Under the pieces are notes generated by a model. It saw only the letters and a list, made by a program, of their open reading frames with translations. It was not told the DNA's origin and did not search any database. Shown one piece after another: positions 60,020-64,000 of a stretch of 64,000 bases of DNA. Position 1 is the first letter of the stretch, and every line of letters starts with the position of its first letter. Source of the stretch: Bacillota bacterium (GTDB taxonomy: Bacteria > Bacillota > Sulfobacillia > Fermentithermobacillales > Fermentithermobacillaceae); NCBI GenBank assembly GCA_033810155.1, contig JAPXKJ010000003.1, positions 24,639 to 88,638 of the forward strand, read 5' to 3'. The position numbers were made by a program, and so were the translations under genes.

Positions 60020-60323
60020 GTGGCATGCCTCCTCGAAATAACCGTTACTTTTGCCTTTGGATTATGCGAATAACCAAAGATCTCTTCGTACTATACAATA
60101 AGTTCTCCGAGCCCATTCCATATACCTTTCATATGGCTTTACACGACGCTTCAATCTCAATTCAATAATACGCTAAACCCATACATGTGTGAACCTGCAA
60201 TCCACATAACTGTGCACAATGGAAGATAGCATCTAAGTGGTTATCAACACAATTATCCACACTATCCCCAGATATCATTATGCAGTTTTCGCCCACCGTT
60301 CACTACAAAATCAAAAATACTTG

Positions 60324-60352
60324 TTGACTCTTTCTTCTTATCGTGCTATATT
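60324..60352 (+). promoter_or_regulatory. sigma-A promoter of cspA
   Basis: TTGACT (60324..60329), 17 nt, TATATT (60347..60352). AGGAGG lies about 11 nt before the ATG and the leader is about 70 nt. Confidence 0.6.
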
Positions 60353-60426
60353 CGCAACACGAGCTAAAAGCTCCAAAAGATGTTGGGTTGGGGCCCAGCG
60401 TCGGGAATTAGGAGGAATGTCCCACA

Positions 60427-60630
60427 ATGCAAGGTACAGTAAAATGGTTTAACGCGCAAAAAGGCTTCGGTTTCATTCAACGTGATGACGGTCCAGACGT
60501 ATTCGTACACTATTCGGCAATCAAATCTGACGGGTTTCGTACGCTTAACGAAGGCGATCTTGTAGAATTCGAAATCGTAGAAGGCCCCAAAGGCCTGCAA
60601 GCTGCAGAAGTGACTAGAATTTCTGAGTAA
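60427..60630 (+). CDS. cspA: cold-shock protein (CspA family)
   Basis: [17 protein letters not shown]...VFVHYSAI carries the RNP1 and RNP2 motifs. Confidence 0.9.
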   Translation: MQGTVKWFNAQKGFGFIQRDDGPDVFVHYSAIKSDGFRTLNEGDLVEFEIVEGPKGLQAAEVTRISE

Positions 60631-60643
60631 GCAAAGCCAACTC

Positions 60644-60672
60644 GCCCCGGTCTATAACCGGGGCTTTTTTAT
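60644..60672 (+). terminator. rho-independent terminator of cspA
   Basis: GCCCCGG-TCTATAA-CCGGGGC followed by TTTTTTATTT. Confidence 0.7.
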
Positions 60673-60679
60673 TTCTACT

Positions 60680-61048
60680 CTACAAAACGGTATCAAATCG
60701 TCCCCCTGAGTAGTTACCGGTGGAATAAGCTGATAAGACCCTTAATTGAGTGATGACATCCGAGATCTCGTGACTGATGTTCGTCATTTCTTGTTGCAGA
60801 AGCGAGGCAATCTCCTTATCCAACTCGCCTACTGAAACTATGATCTCTTTGATTGATTCAAATTCTTTATCTCCTAATTGAGGATTGCCACAGGAGTCTA
60901 TTCGTTTGAGGATCTCTTCCCTTTCCGATATTATCGACTCAAGACTCGAAAAGTCTCCACCCTGCGCAAAAGTTAGTGCTTTCTTGGTCAGTTCTAAAAG
61001 GTCTTTGAACATGTTAAGCATGGCTTCTAATCGCTTCTTCCCAACCAT
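60680..61048 (-). CDS. fliT: flagellar chaperone FliT-like protein (alternatively FlgN-like)
   Basis: 122-aa helical protein immediately after fliS, in the B. subtilis order fliD-fliS-fliT-hpf. Sequence similarity is weak. Confidence 0.4.
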   Translation of the reverse strand: MVGKKRLEAMLNMFKDLLELTKKALTFAQGGDFSSLESIISEREEILKRIDSCGNPQLGDKEFESIKEIIVSVGELDKEIASLLQQEMTNISHEISDVITQLRVLSAYSTGNYSGGRFDTVL

Positions 61049-61409
61049 CTCTAATTTCGGTCATAATCGTAATCGCGGCTTCTACTTGCTCTGGATCTTT
61101 TTTGAGGTTTGCGGATACGAGCGATGAATAAACAAAATCGTACACAGATGCAAGACTGTCTGCAATCTCACCTGTGCTGAAATCCAGGGATACTCTCAGT
61201 TCGTCAATGATATCTTGCGCACGTATGAGGCTTTCATTTGCACCGCTGTAATTTTTGTCCGCTATGCATTGCATTGCCCTCCGCATGGACTTGAGACAAC
61301 CATCGTACAGCATAAGTACCAGTTCAGCTGGTGAAGCAGTCTCTACCTTCGACTGCCTGTATACTTCAAGCGCTTTGTCTATATTTCCCACATACCCTAC
61401 ATTCACCAA
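61014..61409 (-). CDS. fliS: flagellar export chaperone FliS
   Basis: ASPAELVLMLYDGCLK is the FliS signature. Confidence 0.8.
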   Translation of the reverse strand: MVNVGYVGNIDKALEVYRQSKVETASPAELVLMLYDGCLKSMRRAMQCIADKNYSGANESLIRAQDIIDELRVSLDFSTGEIADSLASVYDFVYSSLVSANLKKDPEQVEAAITIMTEIRDGWEEAIRSHA

Positions 61410-61440
61410 AGCCTATCACCTATCTTTCTTCTACTTCATC

Positions 61441-62793
61441 TTAACCGCTGAACATAGACAACATTTGCTGAGATAACCACATTGACTGGGTTTCCATTCT
61501 GGCCAAATACGTTTCTAGGGCAGTAAACTTCCTTTGAAGACCCGCAAGTTTCATGTCCAAACGCTTCTGGACGTTGTCGATCTGCTTTGATATATCCTTG
61601 TTCTCTGACTCAAACTGAGCATCTTTCAGCGGTAAAAAACCGTTGTACGAAGTGTACATCTGCAAGGTGCTCTCTAGCGTCTTGAAAACGCCGTTGGAGC
61701 CTGAGCTACCCTCGACAAAAAGAGAAGCCACTGATTCTCTGTCGGTTGAAAGCGCCTCTTTCAATTTTGACTCATCAATAGATATTTTACCGTCCCGCGA
61801 GAAAGCGCCGATTGCTCCGGTGCTTATCCCAACCTGCCCTACAAACTTGAAACCCGGGAGATCGATAGATGCAAACAACGTGCTCTGAATTTCGGAAAGC
61901 AATCTCTGGAGCAATGGATCTCCGAAAAGAAGTCCGCTGGATTTAGTGTCATTATCCCAGAAATTGTAACGCGAAGTGAGGTCAATCAGGGAGTTGTATT
62001 CATCTGCAAATGACTTAACTGCGCTTACAATTGAATCATCGTTGTAGGCTACTGATAAGGAGGTTTCCCCTGTTTTCAAAAGATCAAGAGTGACTCCTTG
62101 AATGGCATCGGATACTTTGTTTGAGTCTCTTTCAAACGTAACACCGTTTATCTTGAAACTTGAATTCGATGCTGAGACTACTTGCGAGATATCGAATGTG
62201 TTGCCTTCTGCAAGAGTCTCAACTATGGCAATTTCTTTGCCAGTGGATTCTCCCGTAAGCACAAGAGAGTACTCGTTGGGTCTAACCTGCAAGACAGAAG
62301 CCCTGATTCCCATTTCACCCTGGTTTATCTTGTCGGCAACCGTGTTTAGAGTATCTGACTCGACAATATCAACTGAAAATGGATCTGAACCATCAAGGGT
62401 AAGAGTCAGGCTTCCCGACATGCCCAGTGAAACATCAGGTCCCTGTGAAAAAACCCTAGATTGAAGAACATGGGATCGGGCAAGCGTTAGCACTTCAATG
62501 TCGTATCTGCCCACCGCGGCCGATTCAGATGCCGATGCAGAAACAATGCTCAGGTCACTTACCTTCGGCGTTTTGGTATTGTAAAGGCTCTCTTTCGTAA
62601 GCGTCCCTATCTTTGAAAGAACCGCATCGACTTTGGTCTTAATAGCATTCCAAGCAGCTCTTTTTTCTGCAACTGCTTGTTTTTTCAATTCCAGTTTCTC
62701 TATGGGAATTCTCTCTACTTTCATTAGCTGTTCAATGATATTTTGCGTATCTAGTCCGGTCATATTCATGGTAACCTTTGAACTCATGCTCAC
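61441..62793 (-). CDS. fliD: flagellar filament capping protein FliD (HAP2)
   Basis: 450 aa with N- and C-terminal heptad regions and a typical FliD_N/FliD_C layout. Confidence 0.8.
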   Translation of the reverse strand: MSMSSKVTMNMTGLDTQNIIEQLMKVERIPIEKLELKKQAVAEKRAAWNAIKTKVDAVLSKIGTLTKESLYNTKTPKVSDLSIVSASASESAAVGRYDIEVLTLARSHVLQSRVFSQGPDVSLGMSGSLTLTLDGSDPFSVDIVESDTLNTVADKINQGEMGIRASVLQVRPNEYSLVLTGESTGKEIAIVETLAEGNTFDISQVVSASNSSFKINGVTFERDSNKVSDAIQGVTLDLLKTGETSLSVAYNDDSIVSAVKSFADEYNSLIDLTSRYNFWDNDTKSSGLLFGDPLLQRLLSEIQSTLFASIDLPGFKFVGQVGISTGAIGAFSRDGKISIDESKLKEALSTDRESVASLFVEGSSGSNGVFKTLESTLQMYTSYNGFLPLKDAQFESENKDISKQIDNVQKRLDMKLAGLQRKFTALETYLARMETQSMWLSQQMLSMFSG

Positions 62794-62953
62794 ACCTCCA
62801 AAGAGTATATTTCCACCACCTGCACATAACTACAGACACACAGTCCTTACTTAGTTTTCAACCAGCGTAGATCCCAAAAAGGGTTCCGGATTTGAGGATT
62901 ATTTCACATATCCTTCAACAATGTAATCGTATATAAGGGAGTATAGATTAGCC

Positions 62954-63208
62954 TTATTCTTCTTTATCCTCTTTTTTTAGGAGCTCGCGTTTTAAGCGAT
63001 CCAAATCCAAAATGGAATCTTTCGCCAGGGTCATCTCTTCGGCGATCTCGACCTCTACCTCTTCCCGCAGGATCTTTGTCCCAGAAGGAGCTTCGATTCC
63101 CAGTTTTACAAACGCCTTAGAACCTTTGCCCCTTATTTCCGTGACCCGTATGATGATATCGTCACCTATGAGTATTGCTTCGCCCTGCTTTCTCGATAGA
63201 ACAAGCAT
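62954..63208 (-). CDS. csrA: carbon storage regulator CsrA
   Basis: MLVLSRKQGEAILIGDDIIIRV...GIEAP is a near-consensus CsrA. Confidence 0.85.
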   Translation of the reverse strand: MLVLSRKQGEAILIGDDIIIRVTEIRGKGSKAFVKLGIEAPSGTKILREEVEVEIAEEMTLAKDSILDLDRLKRELLKKEDKEE

Positions 63209-63210
63209 AT

Positions 63211-63663
63211 CTAGCCCGTCCTCTTCATAAGATTCTGTAGCTCGACAAATACATTGTGCCTAGTACTATACTCCTGGGAAATAGTAATTACCTGCCTACC
63301 CAAACGTTTGGAAGGGTTAATCACCAGAGGCGCCTGAAGATTTACTGTCATATCTCTCACTTCTTCCGGCAGAGTCACTACTGAAAGGAGCACAAGATCT
63401 CCAGGATTTGAGGCTTCCAGAATCTCCAAATCCTTTGGGGTAAACTCAGGATCGTAGTCTTTGAATACAAGCCTAGGATCCAATATTACGAAGCCCAGGG
63501 ATTGGTCATCAAGGCTTTGAAGCCACTTAAAGACACCAAAATCGTCAAGGTCGAAAACAAAAAACCTTTTGCATGATTGAAACCCTATAAGACCTTCCGG
63601 AAAATCTATGACCTGGTCGTCTCGTATATGCAGTACCCCAAACTGTCTTGTGGGAAATTCCAT
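63211..63663 (-). CDS. fliW: flagellar assembly factor FliW
   Basis: 150 aa, and 2 nt before csrA, matching the conserved fliW-csrA pair. Confidence 0.8.
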   Translation of the reverse strand: MEFPTRQFGVLHIRDDQVIDFPEGLIGFQSCKRFFVFDLDDFGVFKWLQSLDDQSLGFVILDPRLVFKDYDPEFTPKDLEILEASNPGDLVLLSVVTLPEEVRDMTVNLQAPLVINPSKRLGRQVITISQEYSTRHNVFVELQNLMKRTG

Positions 63664-63716
63664 ACGAATCCCTCCTGCCGGACATAACCTCTCTTTTCCA
63701 AAAACCAGTACAGGTC

Positions 63717-64000
63717 CTAATGTAAATAGTCTAGTAGACTAGGCTGAATGAGTCTTGCTCCTACAGCAAGCGCAGTCTGATAGGCCATCTGCTGGGACAT
63801 AAGTTTTACAACTACTTCGGTAATATCTACCTCTTCCACATTTGCCAATACCCTTTTGTACTCGACATACATTTCGCCCGCTTTTTCTTCCAGGGTATCT
63901 AGTCTCCGAAGTTTTGCGCCGTTTTCAGCCCTATGAGATAGCACCTTATCCAAACATTTGTCTATTCCTTCTGCAGCATCTTTGATATCATCGACATTCG
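63717..64000 (-). CDS. flgL: flagellar hook-associated protein 3 FlgL (or flagellin-family protein); C-terminal part only
   Basis: The C-terminal ...MSQQMAYQTALAVGARLIQPSLLDYL matches the flagellin/FlgL C-terminal helix. The gene runs off the window end. Confidence 0.55.
   Translation of the reverse strand, partial: NVDDIKDAAEGIDKCLDKVLSHRAENGAKLRRLDTLEEKAGEMYVEYKRVLANVEEVDITEVVVKLMSQQMAYQTALAVGARLIQPSLLDYLH

Noticed and set aside
62794-62953. Flagellin gene or sigma-D promoter between csrA and fliD
   Set aside because: The gap is only 160 nt, too short for a flagellin. No TAAA-N15-GCCGATAT sigma-D match was found, and only a weak CCC-AAAAA-GGG hairpin follows csrA.
1-64000. Mobile elements, CRISPR arrays, rRNA/tRNA genes
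   Set aside because: There are no direct-repeat arrays, no transposase or integrase-like ORFs, no terminal inverted repeats flanking any block, and no tRNA cloverleaf or rRNA-like stretches. The two ASKHA/partner copies are diverged paralogs, not a recent repeat.

Overview
This 64 kb window looks like chromosomal DNA from a Firmicutes/Clostridia-type genome: AGGAGG-type ribosome-binding sites, frequent TTG/GTG starts, and Bacillus/Clostridium-like gene order. The strongest candidate for something new is a tandemly duplicated two-gene module at 7764-14678. Each copy pairs a 636/643-aa ASKHA-fold ATPase (GlmL/MutL-like) with an uncharacterised 374/475-aa partner. The module sits in an amino-acid/peptide-catabolic neighbourhood, and no coenzyme-B12 mutase subunit is present anywhere in the window. 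Secondary candidates are two unknown proteins wedged with an HD-GYP phosphodiesterase and a DUF5317 membrane protein between hpf and secA, and a DUF2089/DUF4097 trio with a palindromic putative operator in its promoter. About 60 genes are packed densely, mostly on the minus strand. Recognisable housekeeping blocks are:
- t6A tRNA modification (tsaE-tsaB-rimI, and tsaD next to a radical-SAM/DUF512 gene) and pyrF
- acpS-nnr-mazE-mazF
- the c-di-AMP operon cdaA-cdaR-glmM
- rapZ-yvcK-whiA
- uvrB-uvrA-uvrC
- ftsE-ftsX-M23 peptidase-ctpA-PDZ protein
- a split transketolase, then tagA and csaB
- prfB, which carries its programmed +1 frameshift, then secA
- hpf and cspA
- a flagellar late-gene block flgL-fliW-csrA-fliD-fliS-fliT that has no flagellin gene
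No rRNA, tRNA, CRISPR, IS element or integrase was seen.
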